DNA from: the human T2T-CHM13v2.0 reference genome, Homo sapiens
Assembly: GCF_009914755.1 (NCBI RefSeq)
Contig: NC_060932.1
Length of the DNA: 64,000 nt
Direction: 5' to 3' (one strand)
Made by a program: the position numbers and the translations under genes. Shown in pieces: positions 42,924 to 59,527 of the stretch. A model generated the notes under the pieces. The model saw only the letters and a list, made by a program, of their open reading frames with translations. It did no database searches and was not told where the DNA came from. The number at the start of each line of letters is the position of its first letter. Within the stretch, counting starts at the first letter, position 1.

Positions 42924-43771
42924 GCTTTATGTTTTGGGGCCACCCTGAGAGTGTGTCACAGCAACAGCCCGGGAGATGGCGTGGGCAGTGCAGGCCCTGC
43001 TGTGAGGTCTGGGATTGCCTCCATCGGAAAGGCGTCCTCGGGGCCTGCAGGCTGGATCCAGTAGAGCTCCACCACGTATGTGGCCCCTTCTCACCATAGT
43101 CTTGGTTGTTTTTCCTCATAAGCAATACCTTTGAGTCAGTTCTTGAACTTCCAAGTCTGCAAACCACAAGACCAGGGCTGGGCCTCTGCCAAGGGGCTTC
43201 TGTTCTGCAGGCCGCCCTGAGCGCCTCCCGCCCCCTGGCTGCTCAGTGTCAGGGGTCTGCAAGGGCAGAGAGAGGTGGGGACTGTCGACAGCAGCCTGCT
43301 CTCATCTGCCCTGGAACATCCCTGCCCCACCCCCACCTCCACAGGAGCTTCCGTCTTATCTGCGCCCTCCACATTCTTGAGAGGTGCAGCCGGGACTCAG
43401 CCGCTTCTCCTCTGCTGCCACAGCGGACTGCCTGCAGACTGAGAAGTCCTCCTCAGTTGCTGTGCTGGCCTCAGCGGCCCCCCTCCTCCTGCTGCCCCTC
43501 CTGGCTGAGTCCTCCTGCCTCCTATGCAGGCCAAGCTCAGTTGCCAGCTTTCTCATGTCCCAGGGTTTCACCCCTACCCCTTAAGCCTTTTTTCTAAATG
43601 GCCACATGGTCTGTCCCTGTGAGCCAGTGGAACCAAATCTAACCAGTGGCTTGACTGCCAGACAAGGGCCATTGATAACGCAGCCTGGATGGGGTTGCTC
43701 AGCCTGACCAGCGCCACCGCCGCCCAGCCCACATGGGACGTGGGTTGCTGCTTCCAGCTCTTGTTCCGGAT

Positions 43772-44892
43772 TTCTTTTCTTTTCTTTTTTTTTTTTTTTA
43801 AGACAAAGTCTTGCTCTGTCGCCAGGCTGGAGTGCAGTGGCGCCAGCTCACTGCAATCTCCACCTCCTGGATTCAAGTGATTCTTCTGCCTCAGCCTCTC
43901 AAGTAGCTGGGACTACAGGTGTGCACCACCACACCCAGCTAATTTTTGTATTTTTATTAGAGATAGGGTTTCACCTAATCTTGATCTCTTGACCTCGTGA
44001 ACTGCCCACCTCAGCCTCCCAAAGTGCTGGGATTACAGGCGTGAGCCACCGCGACTGGCCTCTTGGTCCGGATTTCTGTCTGAGTGAGGACGCTCCTGTT
44101 TGCACGTAACAGAAGCCCTTAGAGTTTGGTGTTTGGGGGCAGTTGTTAAGGAGTCTGCGTTGCCTCAGGGAGTCCAAGGTAAAAGGAATGAGCTGGGGCC
44201 ATGGCTGGGTGTGGTGGCTCACACCTGTAATCCCAGCACTTTAGGAGGCTCAGGTGGGAGGAGGGTTGAGCCCAGGAGTTCAAGACCAGCCTGGGCAACA
44301 CATTGACACACTGTCTCTACAAAAAATTTTTAAAATAGCCTGGTGTGGTGGTGCTCACCTGGAGGCGCGCCACCTACTTGGGAGGCGGAGGGAGGATCAC
44401 TTGAGCCCTGAGGCTGCAGTGAGCCATGATGGTACCACTGCACTCCAGCCTGGGTGATAGAGCAAGACCCTGGCTCACAAGAAAGAAAGGAAGGAAGGAC
44501 AGACAGAAGGCAGAGCTGGGCCGTGGGCTCTGTTGGGTGCCACTGTCCCCGGGCCTCCTGCTGCATCTGCCTTGCTCCCGTCCTGGCTTGCTGCCAGCTG
44601 TCTCCAGCCTCCTTTGCTTTCCCAGCTGTCCCGCAGAGTAAGGCAGTGCCCAGAGCCTGCGTTTCTGTCCCCTCCCCTCCCAGGACTGGGTGGGCCGAGG
44701 CTAGAGGTTTAGCCCTGTTTCTAGCCCCGTTTAGCCTCGTTTCTGTTTGTATATTTTTAAAATTCTATTTTTTTAAGAGACAGGATCTCACTATGTTGGC
44801 CAGGCTGGTCTTGAACTCCAAGTCTCAAGTGGTCCTCCTGCCTCAGCCTCTGAAAGTGCGGAGATACAGGTGTGAGTCACCACATCCGGCCC
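43772..44892. mobile_element. Alu cluster in the ZNF696 intron: 43772-44060 (-), 44203-44500 (+), 44765-44892 (- monomer)
   Basis: Alu consensus motifs in the stated orientations. Confidence 0.9.
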
Positions 44893-45138
44893 CACAGCCC
44901 CGTTTCTGGAGTGGCAGTGCAGGATTCTCGTCTACCTCATAACCATGGGGGTTAAGAAGGTGGGGAGGAGAAAAAAACTAAAAAAAACGAGGCGGGAACT
45001 GAATGGGCAAAATCAAAGGTGTCTGTGGCACACTGACGTCACCATCACTGTCACTCTGTCGTCACCACGATTGCCAGAGCCACCCTCGACTCACGTTCTC
45101 TTACATCTAAAATCGTTCCTGTCTGGCCTCTTTTTCAG

Positions 45139-46199
45139 CTGTGAAGGCTGCTTTCCTGGCGCAGGCCCCGAGTGGCAGCCGGTCAGCCGAGGTGCAGGCA
45201 GCTCAGAGCACGGAGCCTGCCGCAGAGGCAGGCGCTCCCGAGGGAGAGGGCCACAGAGGGGGGCCTCCCCGGGCGTTGGGGTCTCTTGGCCTTTGTGAAA
45301 ACCAGGAAGCCAGAGAGAGGCCCGGAGGTTCCCCTCGAGGCCCGGTCACTTCTGAGAAAACTGGAGGACAGAGTGGCCTCGAGTCAGACGTCCCTCCGAA
45401 CGCAGGCCCCGGGGCAGAGGGCGGGGGCAGCTGGAAGGGGCGGCCTTTCCCGTGCGGCGCCTGTGGCCGCAGCTTCAAGTGCTCCTCGGACGCGGCAAAG
45501 CACCGGAGCATCCACTCGGGGGAGAAACCGTACGAGTGCAGCGACTGCGGGAAGGCCTTCATCCACAGCTCGCACGTGGTCCGGCACCAGCGGGCGCACA
45601 GCGGGGAGAGGCCCTACGCGTGCGCCGAGTGCGGCAAGGCCTTCGGCCAGAGCTTCAACCTCCTCCGGCACCAGCGCGTGCACACGGGCGAGAAGCCCTA
45701 CGCGTGCGCCGACTGCGGCAAGGCCTTCGGCCAGAGGTCGGACGCCGCCAAGCACCGCCGCACCCACACCGGGGAGAGGCTGTACGCGTGCGGCGAGTGC
45801 GGGAAGCGCTTCCTGCACAGCTCGAACGTGGTCCGGCACCGGCGGACCCACCACGGGGAGAACCCGTACGAGTGCCGGGAGTGCGGCCAGGCCTTCAGCC
45901 AGAGCTCCAACCTCCTCCAGCACCAGCGCGTGCACACGGGGGAGCGGCCCTTCGCCTGCCAGGACTGCGGCCGCGCCTTCAGCCGCAGCTCCTTCCTCCG
46001 CGAGCACCGCCGCATCCACACCGGGGAGAAGCCCCACCAGTGCGGCCACTGCGGGCGCGCGTTCCGGGCGCTGTCGGGCTTCTTCCGGCACCAGCGGCTC
46101 CACACGGGCGAGAAGCCGTTCCGCTGCACCGAGTGCGGCCGCGCCTTCCGCCTGAGCTTCCACCTCATCCAGCACCGGCGGGTGCATGGCGCCGAGTGA
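45139..46199 (+). CDS. ZNF696: ZNF696 last coding exon with 9 C2H2 zinc fingers; spliced protein is 374 aa, KRAB-less
   Basis: Acceptor ctctttttcag| at 45138/45139; nine CxxC..HxxxH fingers; TGA ends at 46199; 64+1061=1125 nt = 374 codons plus stop. Confidence 0.97.
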
Positions 46200-46399
46200 G
46201 CCGGGGCTGCGGCGGAAGAGATGCCGGCGGCCTGGTGGGCGCGAGGCCGAGGCCGGGGGAGGCTCCTGTCCGCCCCGTGCGCGGTGAGGAAGTAACAGCC
46301 GGCTGCGCGCCTGGTTCTCGGGTTGCGAAAGCCTCGCCAGGCCTGCATCCGCCTTGGCTTGGGAGCAATCAGGAGAGACAGGGCTCGGGGAAGGCGAGC

Positions 46400-47325
46400 G
46401 CTGCCCGCGGGAGGCGATTCCCAGAGGCGGGGAGGTCTCAGGGGTCTGTCCCGGGCCGGCCGCCCGCCTCTGAGACTCCCAGCCTCCCACGGTCAGCTGC
46501 TGCGGGGCAGTGGCCGGTGATTGAATCGGTCATTCCTCCGCAACCAGGCCTCCATCAAAACCCTGCATGAGATGAGGGCCTCGGGCTTCGGGTTGGTGAA
46601 GGCGGGGTGGGGGGGCAGTTAGGAAGGGGGCGCCCAGACAGGGCATGGAAGCCTCGCGTCCTCCCCCGTACCTTGCGGGTCGGTGGTTCATCCATGTATT
46701 TCAACGCCTTTTCACAGCCGGTTCATATGGTCCCGACTTCTGTGTGCTTAGAAAATTATGGAACTTGGCCGGGTGCGGTGGCTCCCGCCTGTAATCCTAG
46801 CACTTTGGGAGGCCGAGGCGGGCGGATCACACGGTCAAGAGATCAAGACCATCCTGGCCAACATGGCAAAACCCCCATCTCGACTAAAAATACAAAAAAT
46901 TAATTGGGCGTGGTGGCATGCGCCTGTAATCTCAGCTACTTGGGAGCCTGGGGCAGGAGAATCACTTGAACCTGGGAGGCGGAGGTTGCAGTGAGCGGAG
47001 ATCTGGGCACTGTACTTTAGCCTGGGCGACAGAGAGACCCATCTCAAAAAAAAAATTGGAACCTGAGAAGGGGGTCGTGGGGTCCCCGGGGCCCACCGTC
47101 TGCACTTGGCATCTGAAGTCGGGGTGGTCTTGTGGGACTGACCCCTTACCCTGTGGGTTCTGTACTAGCTCCGGGCAATTGGTGACAGAATCGAGTTAAA
47201 TTGTAGGACATCGCGTTGGTGTCTGAGAGGGAGTTGGAGAGCTGGTTGGTGTGGAGGGAAAGGCTTACACACATGTGATTTCAGAAGCGTTCTGTGGGTA
47301 GAGGAATCGTTTTCTCTTTGAGACT
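46400..47325 (+). mobile_element. MER21-family LTR in the ZNF696 3' UTR, split by a + strand Alu (46767-47055)
   Basis: cctccatcaaaaccctg...cttcgggttggtgaa...cagggcatggaagc and gaacctgagaagggggtcgtggg...ggcatctgaagt...gagttaaattgtaggaca. Confidence 0.65.
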
Positions 47326-48175
47326 GTTATGAGTATGTACAAATGTTATTTCCTGTAAAATATTTTCATTTTTTAAAATGTTATTTTCTAGATAGAAAAG
47401 TAGAAGTGTCTCTTTGGGGAGCGTTTTTGGGGGCGTATAGTAAAGCTCTGTCATCATGAATTAAGCGAGGTGGGCTTTGAGTTTCTTGGGATGACAGGGA
47501 AATGTGAGCCGCCTACTGGCCGTGAGCCCCTGGGGTGCGGTTGCAGGATTCGCCCATCCTGGTCTGGGTGTGGCTTGTGACCACCTCCTGCAGTTCTCTG
47601 CCCAGGTAAGGACTAATTGGGAAGAATTCTGGGTCCTGAGCTGGCTGCCGCTTCCAAGACAGTCGCTTTGAGGGCTCTTGGCACCGATTTTGTTAAAATG
47701 CATGAGCTTAGGGTTGTGCAGCCTGTAGGGGCAGGGGTGGTCTCAGAATGGATTTGGTGGCCCCACCGTTAATTAAGCTCCTGACCCCTGGGCCGGTGGT
47801 GAGGTGGGAAGATGAGCCTGTGTCTCCCATGCTGAGCCAAGATCCTCAGGTACCAGTAGCGGTCAAAGCACCTGCTCCCTGAAGGAAGCTTACCTGGCTT
47901 AGCCTCATTCCTGCTCGTAAGTCAGGCATTCAGCTTGCAAAGATCCCCAAGCACACAAGGAGAGTCAGCTGACTGAGGGCCAACAGAAACAGCAGGCAGC
48001 CGCTGTCAGCCACAAAGAAACGCAGATCCTGAAACTGTCATCATACAGGTGAGAGGATAGTTATGTGTGAGGTGTTCAAAGAAGTCGCGCAGTCAGTGAT
48101 GAGAAAGCTGTAGGGTACATACTGTCACGCATGAATAGGCAGGACTCCTTAAAGAACTTTTGGAAATGAAAAACA

Positions 48176-52303
<4,128 letters not shown>

Positions 52304-52462
52304 TTAGATTATATTCTCCACTAGACAAAAAATATACTTAAACATTTCAGTGTTTTCTCTGTTTCATATGATGTGTTAGCATGTTGTGGGAAAACATCCT
52401 TTAGGGTCTTAGAAACACTTTTGTCTAGCTGAGAGGATTTGTACTATATACTATCTTCCAGC

Positions 52463-52465
52463 ATA

Positions 52466-52505
<40 letters not shown>

Positions 52506-52650
52506 TTTTTTTTAGAGACAGGCTCTTGCTCTGTTACTCAGGCTAGAGTGCAGTGGTGCAATCAGTTCACAGCAGCCTTGAACTCCTGGCCTCCCACCTC
52601 GGCCTCCCAAAGGGCGGGGATTACAGGTGTGAGCCACCACACCCAGCCCC
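52463..52650 (-). mobile_element. (AT)n + poly-T tail with an Alu monomer
   Basis: (at) x ~12 then T x ~25 then agagacaggctcttgctctgtt. Confidence 0.85.
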
Positions 52651-53103
52651 AACATGGTAAACTTTTCTGGGGCCTTAACAATGGATATGGCCACAACCTT
52701 GATTTTATCTTTATCCTGAGGCCAGTTACTACTTGAATTCTTTGCAGGCAGTGGTGATACACCCTACAGTCCCAACTGATCAGGATGCTGAGGCAGGAGG
52801 ATCCCTTGAGCAATATAGGGAGATCTTGTCTCTAAAAAATAAAAGTAAATTTAAAACAACTTTTGAAAGAAAATGCTTTGCTGACTGCAGAGACAAGATG
52901 TGAGATGGTTTTGTTTCCCAAGCCAGTTCAGGCCCCGGCTCTGTGTCCTCCAGATTCCGCCTGCAGACTAGACGATCCCTCCTTTCACACATTTCACGCT
53001 CGCAGGCCTCACCAGTGCCACGAGGAGCGTTCCGCTGACATTTTTGCCACTCTGTCTGGAGCTCTGCTTAGCTGGGTCCATTTTCTAATTTCCAAGTTAC
53101 TGA

Positions 53104-53412
<309 letters not shown>

Positions 53413-53547
53413 AAGGCAATTTTTTTCACCCAAATTTTTCACTACTACCTAATCATGGTTTCCTCTGCTAATAGTCTCCTCCCCGTGTTTCTGTTCTCCA
53501 GCCCCAGACTGCACTCGCAGTCAGTGCACTGCGTCTTAGGTGTTGCT

Positions 53548-53637
53548 TCTGCCAACAGCTGTCTTAGACGAGGTGGCTCTGCCAACACCTGTCTTAGACG
53601 AGGTGGCTCTGCCGGCACCTGTCTTAGACGAGGCTGC
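53548..53637. repeat. 30-bp tandem repeat x3 at an MLT1 LTR boundary
   Basis: tctgccaacacctgtcttagacgaggtggc repeated with a 30-bp period. Confidence 0.9.
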
Positions 53638-53985
53638 TGTGTCAAAATTCCACAGACCGACTGGCTTCACAGCAGACATTTCTTTCTCCCAGCTCTGCAG
53701 GCTGGGAGTCCAGCCTCCAGGTGCCACAGACCCAGTTCCTGTTGAGGGACCACCCCCAGCTTACGGACAGCAGCCTCTTGCTCATGTGACCGTCCCGTGT
53801 GTGCTCCTGGAGAGGAGGCTCCGGTGTCTCTTCCCATGAGGGCACTCATCTCATCGTGAGGGTCCCCCAGGATCTTCTCTAAACCTGCTCCCCTCCCAAA
53901 GGCCCCACCTCCAACACTGTCTTGCTGGGGGTGAGGACTTTAACATGTGAACTGGAGGTGAGGGACAAGTATCCAGTCCACAGCA
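53620..53985 (-). mobile_element. MLT1-family MaLR LTR
   Basis: ggctgctgtgtcaaaattccacagac...cagctctgcaggctgggagtccag...cctcccaaaggccccacctccaacac...atccagtccacagca. Confidence 0.75.
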
Positions 53986-54652
53986 ACCCCAACTCTGGGA
54001 CCCAGTTTCTCTACTGGCACTTGCTGAGTAACCACCCACCCAGACGCCTGGTGGCTCACAGCTGCAGGGACACGGTGCTTCTGTGGCCGCAGGCGTGAGG
54101 ACCCGGGTCCTGGCCTCCCTGGGGCCTGTTCCTCGGCTGTGCCCGGTTACTCAGGGCTGCTCTGGTCCTGCCTCCCCAAGGAGAGCCCTTGTGAGGTCAC
54201 AGGTGCAGAAGGAAGCCCGTCCGATGCAGACGGATGTTCCAGCCAGGCAGAGAGGAGAAAATCAGTACCTAAAGCATCTGACAGAAAAGGAAAAAAAAAT
54301 CCAAAAGAAACCATTTAGAATAGACTCAGAGGACATAACACACCTGGGACTGACTTACATGATATTTAGGAAAGATGTGTAAGATTTCTACATGTAAACT
54401 GAGAGATGGGATGTTATTATTACAAATTTTCCTAAGCCAGGGTCACCCATGCTGGAGGGCCGTGGTACAATCACAGCTCACTGCAGCCTCAACCTCCCGG
54501 GCTCATCCTCCAACCTCAGCCCCACGGGTAGCTTGAGACTACAGGCGCGCACCACCATGCCCAGCTAATTTTGGGGGTTTTTGTTTGCTTGTTTTGGGAG
54601 AGACAGGGTCTCATTATGTTGCCCAGGCTGTTGAGATGGAACATTACTCACA

Positions 54653-54830
54653 AACATGTAAAAACTCAAACGATGGTGGGTCTGCCCATTCATGGATGGA
54701 ACAGGGGGTGTCAACATGTAAAAACTCAAACAACGGTGGGTGCCTGTTCGTGGATGGAGCAGGGGGTGTCAACATGTAAAAACTCAAACAACGGCGGGCG
54801 TGCCTGTTCGTGGATGGAACAGGGGGTGTC
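54653..54830. repeat. ~60-bp tandem repeat x3, next to an AluJ fragment (54440-54630, -)
   Basis: aacatgtaaaaactcaaac...tggatggaRcagggggtgtc at 54653, 54713 and 54771. Confidence 0.92.
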
Positions 54831-55233
54831 GGGAAGGCGTCAGGGCTCCCGGTTGCTGTCAGTCGCCCGTGAGACCCGAGCAGCAGTCGCTCTGTTCTTG
54901 TGATCATGGCTGAGTGGGATCCAGTGTGAGTCTCCACCCGGCCTGTTACCCAGTTCCAGCTGCAGGGCCTGTGCGCCCTTTTCCGCCTGGGCAGCAGTGA
55001 ATGAAGTTGCTCTAAGTCCCTTGCAGCTCTTGGTGCACTTAAGAGAGGGCTCGCAGGCCACAGGATAACAGGAGAGGCTGAGTGCGCGGCATCCTCCATC
55101 ATGGAAACGCGTCTCGCACCAGCACACGCAGCTGGCTTTTCCACTACTTTTGCCCGTCGATGGCACCACCCAGCTTTTCTCTGGGTGGGACAGGTATCTG
55201 TCTACCTGGGGTTTCTACTCTGCATGTTTTATC

Positions 55234-55533
55234 TTTTTTTTTTTTTTTTCTTGAGATGGAGTTTCACTCATCGCCCAGGCTGGAGGATAATGCCATAATC
55301 TCAGCTCACTGCAACCTCCGCCTCCCAGGTTCAAGTGATTCTCTTGCCTCAGCCTCCTGAGCAGCTGGGACTACAGGTGCCTGCCACCATGCCTGGCTAA
55401 TTTTTGTATTTTGAGTAAAGACAGGGATTCACCATGTTGGCCAGGCTGGTCTTGAACTCCTGACCTCAGATGATCCGCTCGCCTCGGCCTCCCAAAGTGC
55501 TGGAATTACAGGCGTGAGCCACCGCGCCCGGCC
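55234..55533 (-). mobile_element. Full-length Alu (AluS-like)
   Basis: Reverse Alu; TSD catgttttatctttt. Confidence 0.95.
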
Positions 55534-56446
55534 ATGTTTTATCTTTTATCCAGGTAGTCTGTGACTATCCAAACGAGGCTCTGACAGTCTACAGGGATCG
55601 TGTCAGTCTGGAGAGTTGGGTTAAAGGCAGGTTGTTCGGGGTGAGAAGGGGACGCTGAGGCAGCAGGTGGTCACAGCCTCACGTCTCAGAAGGATGCGCT
55701 GAGCAGTCCCGGGGTTTTGGGCAAGTGAGGTCCACAGCCCTCTAATGAGTACCTTTAGAGGCCACTGGCCTGCAAGTTCTGATGACGGGGAACAGCCTTA
55801 AGGGCCTCTCCCTGGAGCTCCCACTCACCCCCTCGACCCCCACCCTGCTGTGTCCTGAGGTGTGGCTTGGGAGATGTTTCTGGACTGGGACCAGACCCCG
55901 CAACCTAGAGAGCCAGCTCTAGGCTGGGAATTCCTGGGCTTAATGTCCAGGCATGAAGTCAGCTCCTTGTGTGTCCTCATCTGTACAGAGAGGGAAAGGC
56001 CCATCACCGTCTCCGCGAGGACAGACTCCGAGGTGACGTGGGTCAGGCCTCCACCCTCAGTGGTTTCCCTTCTGGAGTCTGGGCCTGCTCGGCCAGTGCC
56101 CTCATTTTCTGTGGAGCTGTTCCATGTCTGGGCACAGAAGCACCTCTCTGGGAGCAGGTGGGGACGTGAGAGCCCCCTGCTGGAACTGTTCTGTCACAGG
56201 CCCCGGGAGGAGCTGGACCTGCTGCCGGAGCCCCTTGGGGCAGCGGGTGAGCCGCGGTGTGAGAGACTCGGGCCTGGAGCACCAAGGGCCCCACAGCAGG
56301 AGGGATGGGGGTGCAGCCTCCAGGGCGCTGGGGTCCTCTTGGCTGACCAGGAGCCTTACACAGGGGCTGCCTCATGGGGTTGGCGGGAGCCCCGGCGTGA
56401 GGGAGACAGCCACAGAGGCAGCCCCGAAAGCAAAGCGCGGAGCAGA

Positions 56447-57765
56447 TGGCAGAGGATCCCACGTGGCAGAGAAGAGGGCGGCAGAGGAGAGGGCGGCAGA
56501 GGGTCCCGCATGGCAGAGGATCCCACGTGGCAGAGAAGAGGGCAGCAGAGGATCCCACGTAGCAGAGGAGAGGGCGGCAGAGGGTCCCGTGTGGCAGAGA
56601 GGGCGGCAGAGGGTCCCGCGTGGCAGAGGGCAGCAGAGGGTCCCACGTGGCAGAGAAGAGGGCGGCAGAGGGTCCCGCGTGGCAGAGGATCCCACGTGGC
56701 AGAGAAGAGGGCAGCAGAGGATCCCACGTGGCAGAGGAGAGGGCGGCAGAGGGTCCCGTGTGGCAGAGAGGGCGGCAGAGGGCCCTGCGTAGCAGAGGAG
56801 AGGGCAGCAGAGGGTCCCACGTGGCAGAGAAGAGGGTGGCAGAGAAGAGGGCAGCAGAGGGTCCTGCGTGGCAGAGAGGGCGGCAGAGGGTCCCGCGTGG
56901 CAGAAGAGAGGGCAGCAGAGGGTCCCGCATAGCAGAGGGCGGCAGAGGGTCCTGCGTGGCAGAGGAGAGGGCGGCAGAGGGTCCCGCGTGGCAGAGAGGG
57001 CAGCAGAGGGTCCCGCGTGGCAGAGGAGAGGGCAGCAGAGGGTCCCGTATGGCAGAGAAGAGGGCGGCAGAGGGTCCTGCGTGGCAGAGAGGGTGGCAGA
57101 GGGTCCCGCGTGGCAGAGGAGAGGGCAGCAGAGGGTCCCGCATGGCAGAGGAGAGGGCGGCAGAGGGTCCCGCGTGGCAGAGAAGAGGGCGGCAGAGGAG
57201 AGGGCAGCAGAGGGTCCCGCGTGGCAGAGAAGAGGGCGGCAGAGGAGAGGGCGGCAGAGGGTCCTGCGTGGCAGAGGGTCCTGCGTGGCAGAGAGGGCAG
57301 CAGAGGGTCCCGCGTGGCAGAGGAGAGGGCAGCAGAGGGTCCCGTGTGGCAGAGAAGAGGGCGGCAGAGGGTCCTGCGTGGCAGAGAGGGTGGCAGAGGG
57401 TCCCGCGTGGCAGAGGAGAGGGCAGCAGAGGGTCCCGCGTGGCAGAGGAGAGGGCGGCAGAGGGTCCTGCGTGGCAGAGAGGGCGGCAGAGGGTCCCGCG
57501 TGGCAGAGGAGAGGGCGGCAGAGGGTCCCGCGTGGCAGAGGAGAGGGCGGCAGAGGGTCCCGCGTGGCAGAGGAGAGGGCGGCAGAGGGTCCCGCGTGGC
57601 AGAGGAGAGGGCGGCAGAGGGTCCCGCGTGGCAGAGGAGAGGGCGGCAGAGGGTCCTGCGTGGCAGAGAGGGCGGCAGAGGGTCCCGCGTGGCAGAGAAG
57701 AGGGCGGCAGAGGGTCCCGCGTGGCAGAGAAGAGGGCGGCAGAGGATCCCGCGTGGCAGAGGGCA
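56447..57765. repeat. ~1.3-kb purine-rich modular minisatellite (main unit 32 bp, with shorter and longer variants)
   Basis: Unit gtggcagaggagagggcggcagagggtcccgc built from ggcagag modules. Confidence 0.97.
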
Positions 57766-58152
57766 GCCGACAGGCAGCTCTGAGAGGATACAGGGTTGGG
57801 AAGCTCAGGCAGAAGGCCATCGTAAGAGCTAAGAGCTACGTAAGGAGAGTGTGGAGGTGATGAGAACTGAACGGGGGCCGCTGGGCTTAGTGACCAGGCA
57901 GCAACTGTGCCCTTGCTGAATTCCAGGCGCTAAAGAACTTGGTGAAGAGTCCGGGCCCCGCTGAGAGGGTGGCGCGTGCGCAAATGTGGAATCCTCACCC
58001 AAAGTCCTCAGCCTCAGAGCACACGAAGGTGTTTCTCCTCCCCTGTCGAGCGGGAACCGGGGGTCCAGGCTGGGACGCTGATTGGATGTGACAACCCAGC
58101 AGACTCCATGCTCGGGGTGGAGGCTTCAAAGGACACGGCAGGCGTCAGGGAC

Positions 58153-58626
<474 letters not shown>

Positions 58627-58666
58627 TGGGGACTTTTTCTAGTGATGTACAAGCACTTGCACACAT

Positions 58667-58672
58667 TTTATT
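58667..58672 (-). terminator. TOP1MT: TOP1MT polyadenylation signal AATAAA
   Basis: tttatt on +, about 80 nt past the stop; ATTAAA also at 58700-58695. Confidence 0.85.
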
Positions 58673-58750
58673 GTACAAAATTCCCCAGTACTGCTTTAAT
58701 AGTGAAAAAAACACACACACATACAAAAGAAGTTTCAACACGGCTCGTCG

Positions 58751-58853
58751 TTAGAATTCAAAGTCTTCTCCTGCCATGGCGAGAGCCCAGGCGAACCTCT
58801 CCCGCTGTGTTTTGCTGTAGATCTTCTCCACTGGCACCCTGAACCGCTTGCAC
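58751..58853 (-). CDS. TOP1MT: TOP1MT last coding exon: (W)[33 protein letters not shown]
   Basis: Type IB topoisomerase C-terminus; acceptor cctcccgcag| at 58854/58853; TAA at 58753-58751. Confidence 0.97.
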
Positions 58854-59377
58854 CTGCGGGAGGCAGCGTCAGCCCAGGCAAGCAGGCAACTCACCCACCT
58901 TGAAGGCCAGGTCAGGGTGCTCGGCAAGGGCGAGCATCCTCCATGCAGCAGAGACACCAGAGCCGCCTGGTGTAGCTGGGACCTGCTCCTCTAGGCCAAC
59001 CCCACCCCACGCGTGCCGCCACCCTGGAGCATCAGCGAGGTGTCAAAGACAACCTGCTGTGGCTCAGGTATCCACCGAGCAGGGCGCTCAGCCACCTCCC
59101 ACTCCCTGTGGGCAGGCTGAGCTCCACAGGCCCTCCTGATGCCTCCGAGTCCCAGGCCACTGTCAGCACCCCCACTTCACCCTGTCCATCCGAACGTTCA
59201 GGGCAGGGAGAGCTGATGACACAGGACTCAGCATCATGGGTCCCTGTCACAGGGAGGGCCTGTGCTGACCCCAGGGGACACGGGACAAGGGCAATGCTGG
59301 GACTGAACAGAGGCCTCCTGGAAAACCCAGGCCCCCCATAGGCCACAGGTGGGAACTGAGACCCCAGGCACACGCAC

Positions 59378-59527
59378 CAGGCAATGCTGATCCTGGGGTC
59401 CAGGTAGTTGAGCTTGGACGTGCCCAGGGCCACCTGCTTGTTCTCCTCCTTGTCCGTGGCCTGCACACTCAGCTGCGCCAGCTGCTCCTGCAGCTTCTCC
59501 AGGAGCCACCTCTTCTTCTCCAGGACA
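59378..59527 (-). CDS. TOP1MT: TOP1MT penultimate coding exon (150 nt) with the catalytic tyrosine (SKLNYLDPR)
   Basis: [50 protein letters not shown]; acceptor cttctcttgccag|, donor TG|GTGCGT; Tyr codon at 59406-59404. The gene continues beyond the window. Confidence 0.97.

Noticed and set aside
45172-46570. 327-372 aa alternative-frame and antisense ORFs over ZNF696
   Set aside because: The same GC3 shadow effect; no independent start or splice evidence.
55862-57860. 270-480 aa ORFs as protein-coding genes
   Set aside because: They arise from a stop-poor minisatellite and give repetitive translations in every frame.
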